A DNA stretch of 64,000 nt from Chlorokybus atmophyticus (taxonomy: Eukaryota > Plantae > Mesostigma and Chlorokybus algae). Below the pieces are notes generated by a model. The model was given only the letters and a program-made list of their open reading frames with translations. It searched no databases and was not told the origin of the DNA. The translations under genes were made by a program, and so were the position numbers. The stretch's first letter is position 1; each line of letters opens with the position of its first letter. The stretch spans positions 246,348 through 310,347 of the forward strand of contig RHPI01000249.1 of NCBI GenBank assembly GCA_009103225.1, given 5' to 3'. Positions 13,282 to 25,112 of the stretch are shown here, in pieces.

Positions 13282-15109
13282 CTACAGCTCCTCTCCATCA
13301 TCGCTGGTCTCGTCATTACGGAACAAAGCACCACGCGCTGGGGCCTGTGGAGGAGACGCCGGAGCTTGCTCTTCCTCCTCAAACGGTTGTGCCAGCCAAT
13401 CAAATGCCGCTTCTGCCTCAGCGAGCGGGTCACGAGCTGCTGTCTCTTGCGGCCGGCGCCGATTGGGATCTTTCAGGTATTCGACACAAGATGCAGTGCG
13501 GCGTTTCACAAGGGTGAATGGCTGGAGGGCTGCGTACCGTTGCCTCATCTCCCGCTTCATTGACATGATCATGGTGTTGATTTCGCTGAGGTACTCTTCA
13601 TGTGTGTCTATGCTGGCAGCTAGGAGAGGGTCTCCATCCTTGCCCTTTAGGATGCGCTCCACCTGCGTAGTTTACAGGCATGTCTTAGTGGCATCGAAAG
13701 CCACTATTCACTGCAACGCGTCTGCAAGCCTGTAGTTTGGGGCTACAGCATTCCTGAATTGCTAATGATGGAGTTCAGAGTGCTCACCGTAAGCAACAGG
13801 TATGCGAGGTGGTTGACTGTCAGCTGCCGGCGACCAGGTGTAGTGACGGCGTAAGACCAGCATTGCACGATCATTTGCCAGATTATGGGATTGCCCCATT
13901 CATGGATGTATCTCCTCCGCTCCGGGTCTGCAGTGTCGGTCACCTCAAATCTCCGCCATGACTTGTCTGCGACAGTCATACCGACAAGGCATTAGTCACG
14001 AAATAGATAGTTCAAGTTGAGCCTGCACCAGGCTAGAATAGTGCCTGTGACTTACTTTGGAGCGCGTTGCGCATCTGGGCTTTTTGGGTCTCGGGGTCCA
14101 TTAGGGCGTCGATGTGCCTGATTGAATCGGTTACAATAGGCGAGATGAGTACGTGTGTATGGAGGCTGAGTAAGAAGGCAGTGTTGCATAGCAGACATGG
14201 TGGTGAGGGACCCAACTCACTTGCGCTTGTTGCTGTTAAACAGTGTCCACTTGTACTCCTTCTCAAGGACATGCTTGATCTTGGTGACGTTCTCAGACCG
14301 GACCTGCGTAGCTTTCTTCAGGGCGACACTCCAGTGGAAGGGGCACTCCTTGGGAGTCCAGTACACCTCATAGAACTTGGCCGCATCGGCCTCGTCGTCA
14401 TGGTCGAAGCCAACTACCTGTCACGGGCAGGTTGGTCAGTGTCACGGTGCAGTGCGGTCATGAAGCATTAACAGCACCTGACACATGACGTTACGAATAG
14501 TGTCCTCCTTGGGATAAACGTGGCTCTCTACCCAGTGGCCGTTTATGATTTCAGCGACGGCATCTCGCAAATGCTGTCCACAGAAGAACAATCCGTTACA
14601 CACATACACACAGTGTCACAGTGTCACACAGTGCGTACCTCGTTGCCAACCTTCCACTTGCTTGGGGAAGGGTTGCTGACGGCCGAGGTTGCCACGTCAC
14701 GGCCAAATGCGTTTGGGTTTGGGGTTCCAATCGACCCTCTGCAAGCACAACCACATGAGTCATGCTGCCAGCCATGAAAGATGCAACCCTCGCAGTTGCA
14801 AAAGAAGAACAACGTGCACAGTGTATCCAGAACGCATGCAGTGAGTCACTGTGCTAGTCATGATAGAAGCAAGCATCCAAGTTAGAAGTTGAGCAAGAAG
14901 AAACGTGCACAGTGCATCAAGAACGCATGCAGTCTAGCTTGCCCTTGCGACTGCGGTGTCAGGTGGAGTTGTTGTGATGTGCTGGGCGTTAGCGCGGGGT
15001 CTTGCTGCAATTGGTTGGCGACGGTTGCCTGGTTGAACACTGGGGGCAATGTGGACAACTGGCGCCGACCTCCACGACGAGGTGCACTTACGGATGGACC
15101 ACGAGGCAT
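13282..15109 (-). pseudogene. Transposon cargo gene A, spliced, unknown function
   Basis: GT-AG exons (e.g. 14478-14573 and 14221-14417) splice to HLRDAVAEIINGHWVESHVYPKEDTIRNVMCQVVGFDHDDEADAAKFYEVYW...WGNPIIWQMIVQCW...NHLAYLLLTVERILKGK... One in-frame TAA at 13992-13994. Confidence 0.65.
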
Positions 15110-15414
15110 CTCTCCAACTGATAGTCGGGTGCCGCCTGTTTAGCTGTAAGTGGCGCTGCCGCCTCCAACGCTGCCGCCGCCGGTTGGCCCGCCCGAATGT
15201 ATGAGGCGCGAAAACGAAAATGAGGCGGTTTTGAACGTCTAGAGTCCCGCACTAGAGTCGCACTTGTAGTGCGTCCTTGCTCCTATGGTTGATGGTACGA
15301 CTTATGCATTCGTGCCATGCATGCTTCGTACAACCATTGTTACCAATGGTTGTGTCGTAACATTTATGGTACGACAGAGGCATCTCCCGTCCAACCCCAG
15401 CGATTGCCGTACAA

Positions 15415-15450
15415 TGGCTCTGTCGTACCATTCATGGTACGACAGAGCCA
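15415..15450. promoter_or_regulatory. Palindromic GTACCAT-N2-ATGGTAC site (17-bp arms) between divergent cargo genes
   Basis: tggctctgtcgtaccat-tc-atggtacgacagagcca; more half-sites lie at 15290-15380. Confidence 0.55.
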
Positions 15451-15499
15451 GGCATTGCTCGATCAGCCCAAATGGGAGTTAGCATGCACTCACCCAAAC

Positions 15500-15930
15500 A
15501 CGCTTCATTGATGGCCGGATGATGGCACGCAGGGGCACCAGGTCGATGACCGGTCGAATGTCAGGCTTGATGGGCCTGGGTTCGACTAGGAGGCGGAGGA
15601 CCAGGAGTCGGAGGAGGCGGCGGCGGCGGCGGCGTGGCACATCTTGCGAGAAGTTGTGGTCGTAAGAGTTCAAGCAGCGAAGCCAGCTACTACCGGTCGC
15701 CACGTCATGGATCATGGCAGGCGTCAGCAATGGGGCTGTCCAACATGCATCACCAACATTGGACAAACCAGCAGGCAAGCCATTAAAGACCATCTTCACA
15801 CAGAGAGCTGCTTGGTGGCTCGCTTTCTGCAACAGGGAGTGGATCAGGAGCTGCAGTCCTTGGAGCCCCTTGTCAGAACCATGCGGGACCAGTTGCGGCT
15901 GTGGGAACAAGCACAAAGGAATGCAGAGGT
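15500..15930 (+). pseudogene. Cargo exon with acidic N-terminus and zinc-finger-like motif, probably the 5' part of the OTU gene
   Basis: Reads WGCPTC...QAIKDHLHTESC, with an in-frame TAG at 15587-15589 and a GT donor near 15930. Confidence 0.45.
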
Positions 15931-16968
15931 ACGCTCAACAGTCACATGCATTTCCTTGCAAGAGCAATTTGTTTTTTAGCGCAGTCCATGTGATATATGT
16001 AGCGTGGCTGCAGGCCTCCACTATTCACCCATACCCACCCTACAGTCAAGCCGACATTGCGGAAGCAAGAGCAGATAGACAGAGCTGGGCGGCGGTATGT
16101 TGTTGCCAATCTCGCTGTGCATGTTGACTGCAATGTCGGCTCCAATGCATGCCTACCTTTCCATGCTAGGATGTGCGTGAGCGTGCGAAGTCGCGCGCGC
16201 GTGCCGAACGAAGTAGGCTGGGTTTGAGCACATGAGCGCGTGGCCATTCGTCCGGCATTCAACCAATAGTGCATCAACCAGCAATGACGCAGTCCATGCA
16301 ATTATTCGTGCATCAACCAGCAATGCCGCAGGTGACTGTTCGAAGCAACCAACTGATGACGGTGTGACGCAGTTGACTATTGCAATTGCAGTGTCGCAAG
16401 CATGCAGCTAACCCACATGTGATTGGTTGACAGCACCACAGTGCACTAAGTCCTGTTGGAGCTCCTATGCAAGCCTGGATTCAATCCCATCAACTGGTCC
16501 TTCAATCCCACTTGCTGATGGGCGCGGCGGCAATGCGGCATCAGTTTAACATGCATGTTGGCCTGTTGAATCCCGACATGTCCATTGGGGCAGTGGCGCA
16601 TGATGTGCCCATGGCTCAAGAGCTCCGTGACGAGTCTGCCATGGAGGGTGGCGGGGAGAGTGCAGCCAATACCACCTTGTCAGCCCCCATGGCTTCCCCT
16701 GCTCCATGCAGCCCACGGGCCATTGAGGTAAGTCGCTGTCTTTTATGCTCGTGCCTTGGTAACAATGCGTCAGGCACTGCATAAGCTTATATTCGTCCTT
16801 TGCAACATTGTGAGCCATCTTATCCTGGGTCCTGTATACAGCCCCCCTTGCTGCATGCACAAGTGGTCTCACCTGCAGCTCCTGCTCCCCTCCCAGCCAG
16901 AGCGCAACCACCTTCCGCGGCACCAGTCCTTCATGCACTGCCATCTCCTCCACGAGCAGCACCGGTGA

Positions 16969-18489
16969 TTGCGGGGCAACAATCCTTCTTGCCGCCACCG
17001 GCGAGACCACAGCACAATGCAACAACCGATGTGGCTTCTGCACCTACCTTACCCCACCCGCTGCAAGTTGAAGCCGGCAGTCTGCCCCAAACTCAGGTAC
17101 TTTATCAGTCACTGTGACTCTTGCCGTCCACAGTTGGACACACCATGTGAGTGCTGTATGCGCATGCAGCAGGGGTCACCAACTGCCAGCGAGTCATCAG
17201 AGGAGCTGGCCGCAACCCGCATACTGCCATCAGTCATGCTAGGTGGCCAGCTCGCCTCATGGGACCACTTCAATGCGCCAACGGATGGTAACTGCTTCTA
17301 CCATTGTGTATTTCGCGCCAGGCCATCCATAGCGCAAAGTGTCCTGGATGATCACAAGTGCCCCAGCTCGAGCAGATTTTGGGCCATGCTGGACACCATG
17401 GACGACGACGGCAGGGGGCACACTCTCCGCAAAATCACCGCCAAGGCTGTCGATGCAGGCGTGGCGAGCAGAATCCTAGACTTCTGCAGAGCCACTGGTG
17501 CCGCGGGAGAGATGGCGCAGTATTACAACAAACTGCCTGCGACCATGTTGGCTGATGTCAACTACAACATTGACCTAGACATGGCCAAGGTGCGACAGAT
17601 CGTGCAAAGAAAAGATGTGTACGTCGAGCACCTGCAGATGACCATGTTTGCCAACAAGCTGGGCTTGTTGATTGGCTGCGTAACCGTTCAGCGCGAGCAT
17701 GGGGAGTGGGTGCCACGGCCCGGCAGCGCAGTTTGGGTTGGAAATAAAGAAGCCCCCAACTCAGTCCTGGTGGTGGGCAACACTGCTCCTGATGAGCCAG
17801 AAGCACACTTTTGGCTCCTCAAGCCTGCAAGCACCGAACAGTGGTCGTGGCCTATGCATGAAGTGCCACCGGAGGTAACACACCTGATCGGAGAGTGGCG
17901 GAATGGCGTTGCCAATTCCCCGCTACCACCGGCTGTGACCCAGAGTGCTGCGCAAACGCCTCAGGCCTCGCCTTCGTGTGCTAGGCAAAAAGTAGCCGAG
18001 TGTTCTGCACATCCTGCCTCCCCTCAACCACAGCCACATGCTCGCAATCCCAATTCAGCACCCTCCCTTCCTGCCGCGGAGACTCACTTGCCACCGCACT
18101 CTGACCATCCGGAGGCATCTCCATCAAGAAGCAGCTGTAGCTCGCCCTCTCCCTCTAAGCTTGCCACATTGATCCCAGCCTGTCTTGTTGGTAAAGAGAT
18201 TGATCGAGATGTCCTGAAAGCTGCGCTGAAAGACAAAGGCTTCATGCTCGATCTCATGAAGCAACATGAGGTCGTGGAGGAACGGGAGGCAACCAACAAG
18301 CGCAAGGCTGTGGAGCAAGAAGATAACGCCTTACCTCCTCTGAGTGACAGAGCCACGGAGAGCGCCTGCCAGGATGTGCAGGGTGACAAAAAGAAGAAGA
18401 AGAAGGTTGTTAGAACAAAGGACGCTGACAGGACCAAAAAAGGAAAGGTGAGGCATCGTTACAACATTAGAAGAAGCACAGCGCCTTGA
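16969..18489 (+). CDS. OTU-like cysteine protease (deubiquitinase) ORF with basic, NLS-like C-terminus; transposon cargo
   Basis: Catalytic Cys motif APTDGNCFYHCVF, followed by LRKI, VEHLQMTMFANKL and the His motif EAHFWLLKP; a KKKKK tract near the end. 506 codons are open, but the true start is probably in upstream exons. Confidence 0.7.
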   Translation: MRGNNPSCRHRRDHSTMQQPMWLLHLPYPTRCKLKPAVCPKLRYFISHCDSCRPQLDTPCECCMRMQQGSPTASESSEELAATRILPSVMLGGQLASWDHFNAPTDGNCFYHCVFRARPSIAQSVLDDHKCPSSSRFWAMLDTMDDDGRGHTLRKITAKAVDAGVASRILDFCRATGAAGEMAQYYNKLPATMLADVNYNIDLDMAKVRQIVQRKDVYVEHLQMTMFANKLGLLIGCVTVQREHGEWVPRPGSAVWVGNKEAPNSVLVVGNTAPDEPEAHFWLLKPASTEQWSWPMHEVPPEVTHLIGEWRNGVANSPLPPAVTQSAAQTPQASPSCARQKVAECSAHPASPQPQPHARNPNSAPSLPAAETHLPPHSDHPEASPSRSSCSSPSPSKLATLIPACLVGKEIDRDVLKAALKDKGFMLDLMKQHEVVEEREATNKRKAVEQEDNALPPLSDRATESACQDVQGDKKKKKKVVRTKDADRTKKGKVRHRYNIRRSTAP

Positions 18490-18547
18490 AGCCTCACTGA
18501 GGCTGACTGTGTGTCCTGAGTAGGCACAGGCGGGATTATAGCGTCAA

Positions 18548-19781
18548 GTGGCTGCTCAGCATCGTCCAGAGAGACAGCCGGTGCGGCACGAGCTGCCTAA
18601 GCTCAAAGCACCGACGCGCAGACGCTTTGAGGGGCTGACTCGTAGTGCAAAGGAGTTAATTACCCTACAGTACGTCCAAGACGCGCTGCATCACCGCATG
18701 CGGCATGCCTCGAGGTGGGTGACGAAAGTTTGCAATAAGTGGGAGCAAACGCGGAGAATGCGGTCTAAACAGACCTCTGGGGATTGGCCGTGGTTGGAAC
18801 CCATACACGATATGGCCATCCGTAGTACGTTGTTGCCCCTCGCCGTCCTCGATATGATGGTGTTGTTGCTGCCGCAGNAAAGGAGTTACCCTACAGTACG
18901 CCCAAGACGCGCTGCATCACCGCATGCGGCATGCCTCGAGGTGGGTGACGAAAGTTTGCAATAAGTGGGAGCAAACGCGGAGAATGCGGTCTAAACAGAC
19001 CTCTGGGGATTGGCCGTGGTTGGAACCCATACACGATATGGCCATCCGTAGTACGTTGTTGCCCCTCGCCGTCCTCGATATGATGGTGTTGTTGCTGCCG
19101 CAGCAGCCCGGCAATGTGCAAGAGCTATCTGCGGAGCATTCGACCTGCTGCAGCAGATGTACCTGTCGATGTCGACTAATGCGGGTCGAGATGTGTGCCA
19201 CTACCTGAGCAAACATATTGGGTGGCAAGTAAAACCATTCGAGCTGTACTTGGCATGCTTTGGCTGGCAGTGGCTGTATGTCATACGGCACGTCGAGCTG
19301 ATTCTGTGGAAGCTCGAAGAAAATGACGATGCGGGGGAGTACACGAGTGACGACAGCCATGTCGAGGGCCTGGATGAACGCATGCTGGACGAGACCACCA
19401 AGACCAGCAGGTGGTGTATGGCGGCAGATGGGCGTCAGGTGATCGAGCAGGCAGTGGAGCGTTATGCTGCGCCATTTAGATGGGAGTCGTTATGCCTGCG
19501 ACACAATAAAAATGTTTGGTGGCAGAGGCAGCTTGCACACCCGCGTGCACTATATGTGCTGATTTGTCGCATTGAAGAGCCACCCCCCCCCAGCGGATGG
19601 GGAGACGCCCTGTTGCAAGAAAGCGATGTGCCATGTCTGCATCATAGCACATCAGAAGACTGTGGCAAATAAATCAAAGAATCTACAAGCGTGTCCATTC
19701 TGCAAGCAACCTCACCCGTTTTGGTCGCCACGCCTGATGCAAGACGCCAACGTGTCGGCGGTGATTTGGCCCCCGCCTTGA
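18548..19781 (+). pseudogene. Cargo gene C with C-terminal RING-like Cys cluster
   Basis: TPCCKKAMCHVCI...ACPFCKQP at 19572-19781. The upstream coding is frameshifted, and an assembly duplication sits at N 18878. Confidence 0.5.
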
Positions 19782-20103
19782 TGCCAATTGTGCATGTAGT
19801 GTAGTTCTGTGTTGGCTTCCTGTGAACCATGTAGGTACATGTATAGTTGCAGCATGGTGCATGGTGCACCAGAGATCTGCTGTTGTTAGAAGCATTGGCT
19901 GTACATGTGTATAATGACTGCCCGGCGCATGAGTCAGTGCAAGGCTTGCATACCTCGCTGGTTTAGAGCGTGGTTGACAGCAACAAACTCGGACAGCGCT
20001 CTGGGTTCCATGGCATGACAGCACAGTATTACTCTACGATCGTGATAGTATGCGAGTATCCTTGTAGTACCATTAACAGATGGAGTACCATTCATGTTGA
20101 TGT

Positions 20104-20121
20104 AGTACCATGCATGGTACT
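20104..20121. promoter_or_regulatory. Palindromic GTACCAT-N2-ATGGTAC site upstream of the Tudor-MTase gene
   Basis: agtaccat-gc-atggtact, with further gtaccat half-sites at 20067-20091. Telo-box-like tttagggtt/aaccctaaa motifs follow at 20169-20216. Confidence 0.45.
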
Positions 20122-20259
20122 GCAATAGCGTATAAGGTACAGTCGTGCTTCACTTGAAGTTTGACCCATTTAGGGTTCCTAAGCTGGCAACCCTAAATTG
20201 ATGCCCATACCCTAAAGTCTCGCTCAATTTGTGGGCAGCCGTGCCGATTCCTATTTTGC

Positions 20260-22003
20260 ATGATGTCGGCGGCAGCAGTTGAATCACCCTCACCTAGGAG
20301 ACCATGCTTGGTGTGCCCACAATGCAATGCGTACGTATGTGCCAATGGCCGTAGGCAGCAAATGCGAGCACACTTGACCGAATGCCAGCGAGTGCAGACA
20401 GTGTGCCACGGTTTTAGTGCTGCTTGCTAGCATCACACCACACACAATGTCGACGTGTTTGGCTGCCGCCTTGGCCAAGTGCTGTGCAAGAAACCCTAGT
20501 TTTTCCAGTGCGTGCAGTGCGTGTGCGAATCGTGCTCGCGCTCATGCTTCGAGTGGCGAGGGGAACCCATGCGCTTCTTCACATGGACAACACCGGGACA
20601 TGTGGTTAGTGGACAGGTGGTGGATGCTGTGGAGGTAATCCACAAGAGTGGACCGCGACGTATCACTGCATGTTATGTTGGGCGTATGCTTATTTCATGC
20701 ATGTTGAAGCTGTTGTCGCATTCAGAGCAGTCTTGCACGGTGTGGGCGTGGGCAGTTCCATCCCCTGGCCGCTGTAGAGGAGGCAGACCATCGACCGTTG
20801 GACACCGCACTGCATCGGCTGCGGAACGCAGTTAAGTTGAGATGCGAGCAGCTGATCGGTGTGAGTGTCATGGTGCATTGGCCGCTGGATGGGGAATGGT
20901 ATGCGGGCGTTGTGGAATCATTCAAGCAAGCGTCACGTCAGCATCGCTTCGTGGCGTGCGAGATTGAGGACGCATCATATATGCATGGTGCAATGAAAAA
21001 TGTCTTTGCAGGGCAGCACCGTATAGTATTCGATGACGGTGATCGACCACAAACCATCAACTTCAAAGGGCACAACATATTCGCGTACACATCAGTTGAC
21101 GGGGCACGCCATGTTCTGCGCGTCGGAGGGGAGAACGTCAGTCGCAAAGTAAGCCCGGACGGCATCATTGTTGGTCCCTGGCCAGCACCACGGCCAGCCT
21201 TGACCACATACACGCCATTTGACAACAAGGTGGGACGCACACGCAGACCAAGGGCCCTCGACCTATTCTGCGGCGGTGGCGGTGCCAGTGTCGGTCTATA
21301 CCACGCAGGCTTTGACGTGACCGGGATGGACATAAGTCCCTCCTCTGAGTACCCGCTGCCCTTCATACACCGCGATGTATGCACCTTGAGTGCAGGAGAG
21401 CTGAGCGAGTACAAGCTCATCTAGGCCAGTCCACCATGCCAGGCCTATTCAGGTGCTATCCCGGCACCTCAACGAACGGCACATGGCATATCCTAGAGAC
21501 ACCAGGATATGATACCGCTCGTCCGACGTCTGCTGCTTGCAAGCCAGGTCAAGTTTGTGATTGAGATCGTGCTAGGAGCAGCTTCCTCATTCAGACCCAA
21601 TCTGTCCCTTTGTGGCACGATGTTTGGCCTATCAACTTTCTGACACCGTCTGTTTGAGACACAGCCAGTGGTAGCTACCCCACCAGCACGCTGCTCGCAC
21701 GCGGGCAAGGCAGTTGGACTGCTATCGCCGCACCTGTCCGCTAGCGCGAAGAAGACAATCGTGACATCAAACGCGCCACAGCAGATGTACCCGGTCTATG
21801 GCCTTCCAAGCACCAGAGGCGGCATTGCTGCGTGGCAAACAGCGCTGGGAGTGCCATGGATGACCTCGGCCGTTTTCATAGCGAATGCAGTTTCTCCCGC
21901 AATGGCGGAGTGCATAGGGCGTCTCATGCTTGAGACAATATGCGCTGTGACTACCCTCCTGTGTCATGGAACTATGAGGCTTGAGTGTGGTGCACTGTAT
22001 TGA
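20260..22003 (+). pseudogene. Tudor-like domain fused to a C5-cytosine DNA methyltransferase (short phage/bacterial type); transposon cargo
   Basis: Removing intron 20937-21011 restores VHWPLDGEWYAGVVESFKQASRQHRIVFDDGD (Tudor-like). One frame then gives motif I LDLFCGGGGASVGL, motif II GMDI, motif IV I*ASPPCQAYS, a motif VI remnant FVIEIV, LCGTMFGL, motif VIII *HRLFE, and motifs IX/X ALGVPWMT..NAVSPAMAECIG. Stops lie at 21422, 21494 and 21641. The 5' exons are tentative. Confidence 0.85.
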
Positions 22004-22182
22004 TGCTTAATGCCACACGGCGGACTGATTGTTGAATGTTGCACATTCGATTGTGGTGACAGTTGTGCAGTGACAGCTGCCCGGTATTGTACATGTCCAC
22101 ATGCAAAAGTCTTGCCATACGATTAGCAATGCCTAACTGACTGGTATGCTCCAAACTCAGAGTAGTGAGACAAGTACATGTG

Positions 22183-25112
22183 TCACGTGGAAGTGCAGTG
22201 AACGTTCACCCAATACTTGCCCTCTTGTACACGGGCGCTGTCCTTGTCAAACATGGGGAGCAGCTGGATAATACTTTTTACTTGCTCCAGAGTCACGACA
22301 TCGAGATGTGGACCGCCATGACGCTTTTCCCATTTCAGAGCGATGCACTTTGTGTCGCTCGTCACATCCAGCTTCGTGTACCAGCGGACAAACACGACCT
22401 CCTTCCACACGCGCTCGCCGCTACCACCCCACACCACCACGCGCAGAAAAAGGAGTGCCTGAGCCCACCACGTCACGTTCACACCGTCCTCATCACCTTC
22501 CAACTCAAGTGTAGAGAACCAAGGCCGCCCATGGAACATCCCAGTTGCGCGCGCCATGCTGACTCCTGATGTCATGTACACCGCTGCGCCTCCGTTCACC
22601 ACGCAAACAGCACGCCACCCGTCGGCCAACTCCAATTGTTTCCTCCTCAACCAGCTGTCCAGGGTGGCAGGCAGCTTGTCGGCGAATGGAGTCTTCAAGG
22701 CGACTTGGCGGCTACGCGCAGATCCGCTCCAGTGCGGGCTGGACTCCCTCCTTGTCAGCACATCCATCCGTAGCAACTTGTCCGTCTTCTCCATGACATT
22801 ACAGCATTGCTGCTGCGCCTGCGCTATGACCGAGCGCATCTCGGGATCCACGACCATGCCATCCTCTCTCACATATTCCGCACAGCTCCATGCCTTCAGG
22901 ATACGAGCCTGGTAGTCCCGGTTGTTGCCACCACGCGCCCACCGTTTGATATTTTGGGCGTGCGTCTGCTCCATGCGGTTGGCGCTGAACCAATCTGGGT
23001 GTCCACTGCTGACAATTGCCGGCCCAAAATGAGTGAGCTGATGCATCTTCTCGATCTTCCAACCTGACTTCTGTACAGAATATGACGACAGTAGCGGATG
23101 CAACACTGCAGCTTTGAAGGCAGCCAGCTCGTTGTCGGCTGTGGTCAGGGTCTCTCTTGTGTGTTCATGCGCCTTCAGCAACTTCTTGTTCCACTGGGCA
23201 AGCGATGCGGCAGCAATGGTGAAGAAATCGTTGCCCTCACTGTCGAGCAGCAAACCGTCTGCGAGGACCGGCAGCTGCTGCAGCACCGCCACTTTCTCCA
23301 CCACCTGAAAGGAGTGGTCGGACAGGAAGAAATTTACTGTGCTTGTGGGTGCCTTGAAGTGCGAAACCCGCAGAGTCGCCTTGCATGCATTCAGCCTGTG
23401 CACATCTGCTCGTGAGCACGTGTTGTTGGCTTTTGTGTTCAACACAAAAGCAACACCAAAGACATGCCTGGCCTGCAGAATCTGTCTCGTGGATGGACGC
23501 ATTCGTTCCTTCACGGCGTCGTACACAGCAGCAAGCAGGTGGTCAATGATGCCTCCCAGCACATGCATTGCGTCAGGGGCAAGACGAGAGTAGCAGTCAG
23601 CTCCCGGCACCCGCGACTGTCGCCAACCCCACAGTGCATTCTGTTGCCAAACCACATTGCCTGGTTTCACGGAAAGCCATTCATCCTCACGAATGCCGAT
23701 AATTTAACCGTTACCTCCTCGACATGCATGGAGTGTTGCTCTTTGAAAGCCTTGGCTGTCTGGCGTGCATTCCTAACACCGCTATGCAGGTCCGCCCGCA
23801 GTTAACGTATTGCTGGTGTGTAGAAGGCCTCGGTTCTCAATTCCCAGTCCTCATCCATCTCCAACAGATCTGATTTGGTAACGAGACAAACATCGCAAGG
23901 ATGTCGTGTTTGGTTGCCCGACACAGTGCGTGCGAGTGTGGCAGGCTCCTACAACACGACAAACTCAGATGTTTTACTGACAACATCCTCCATGCACTGT
24001 TTGCTGGCAGGCTGCATCCGGTTACAACCATTCATGCCCACTACCTACAAATCGCTGATGTAGTTGGCAAGTGTGAGAAACACACGACGCTCGATGCCAT
24101 TCAGGTCGATGAGCTGCAGACCTTCCCAACTCGCCCGCTTCACATCCCCTAACACTACATTTAAAGCGTCATGAAAAATTTCACGTTTCCAAATGGAGAA
24201 CGATTCCTTGCCCTGCGCCCAGGTGGGTTGCCCGGCCACTGCGTGAACCACCGGCAGAAGCGCTATCATAACAACCCCCATGTTGCTAGCATACATGTCC
24301 CAGCTGTAGTTGGCAAGCGATGCCATCAGAGGGTAGCCAGAGCGCTTGCCCGCGCTGTCCAGCGTGGTCTTGTCACTGTACAGAATGGCAGGCGCCAAGT
24401 AGGACGCTTCCCCCACCTCTCTCCTCAAATCCACCTCCACATCCTTCCACCAATCGCCCGTGGAAGGATGGCCAAAGCTGTGCTCGTCACCAGTGTACTG
24501 GAGATTGAAGCCATTGGCGGCATGTGGATTGCCATACAACCGCGCGAGCCATACCTGCTCCGACCAAGAGCATTACTTACTATGCTGGCCTCAGAATAGA
24601 TACTGCATCGATACTGCATTAGGTACTGCATTTCACAGACCTTGGCCGGCATATATGTGACGCAGATGTCCTGATCCTCAGGGTCTCCAGGCTTGCACAG
24701 GTCAGCCGTTACGTAGTTCTGATACGGCAGCACACTCGCATGTGCATATGTGACATGGCTCTGATGGTTGAAGCACATGCACCGCACACCGTGAACACAC
24801 CTCAGACTGAGAGAAAGCAATCGTGGTCCGGAGGTAGCTGGCCGCATGCACACCGGTCTCCCACTGGAGCTCTTCCGTCAGGAAGTGTGCATTTCGGATG
24901 CACTTGATGATCCGCCCCATGTCGGAGGCCGACAGGCCTTGGCCGTTGTTGCACTGCACGAATGCCACTGCAAGAGCATGCTCCGAGCCATACCACCTGG
25001 ATTCCGACGCGTGCGAAGGGACGCCTCCACTTCCATGTTGGCGTGCCACAGGTTTCTCAGGCACACGCACACATCGAAAGCCCTCGTTCACTTCCTCCTC
25101 CTCCTGTTGCTG
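22183..25112 (-). pseudogene. Plavaka-type transposase with C-terminal BAH-like domain, spliced; 5' end in the N gap
   Basis: Motifs: HPSTGDWW, AILYSDKTTLDSAGKRSGYPLMASLAN, LANYISDL(*)E..RHPCDVCLV, LAPDAMHVLGG, KMHQLTH, WFSANRMEQTH, and C-terminal VFVRWY..DVVTLEQVKSIIQLLPMF..YWVN. GT-AG introns are present, and there is a TAG at 24045-24047. Confidence 0.85.

Noticed and set aside
18649-19103. Tandem duplication of ~230 bp inside cargo gene C
   Set aside because: The two copies abut a single N (18878), which is typical of an unmerged contig overlap.
21248-21960. Interpretation as a host DNMT1/DNMT3/DNMT2 gene or as an N4/N6 methyltransferase
   Set aside because: The SPPCQ catalytic motif indicates C5 chemistry (no DPPY/SPPY motif). 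The domain is short, lacks host DNMT accessory domains and lies within transposon boundaries.
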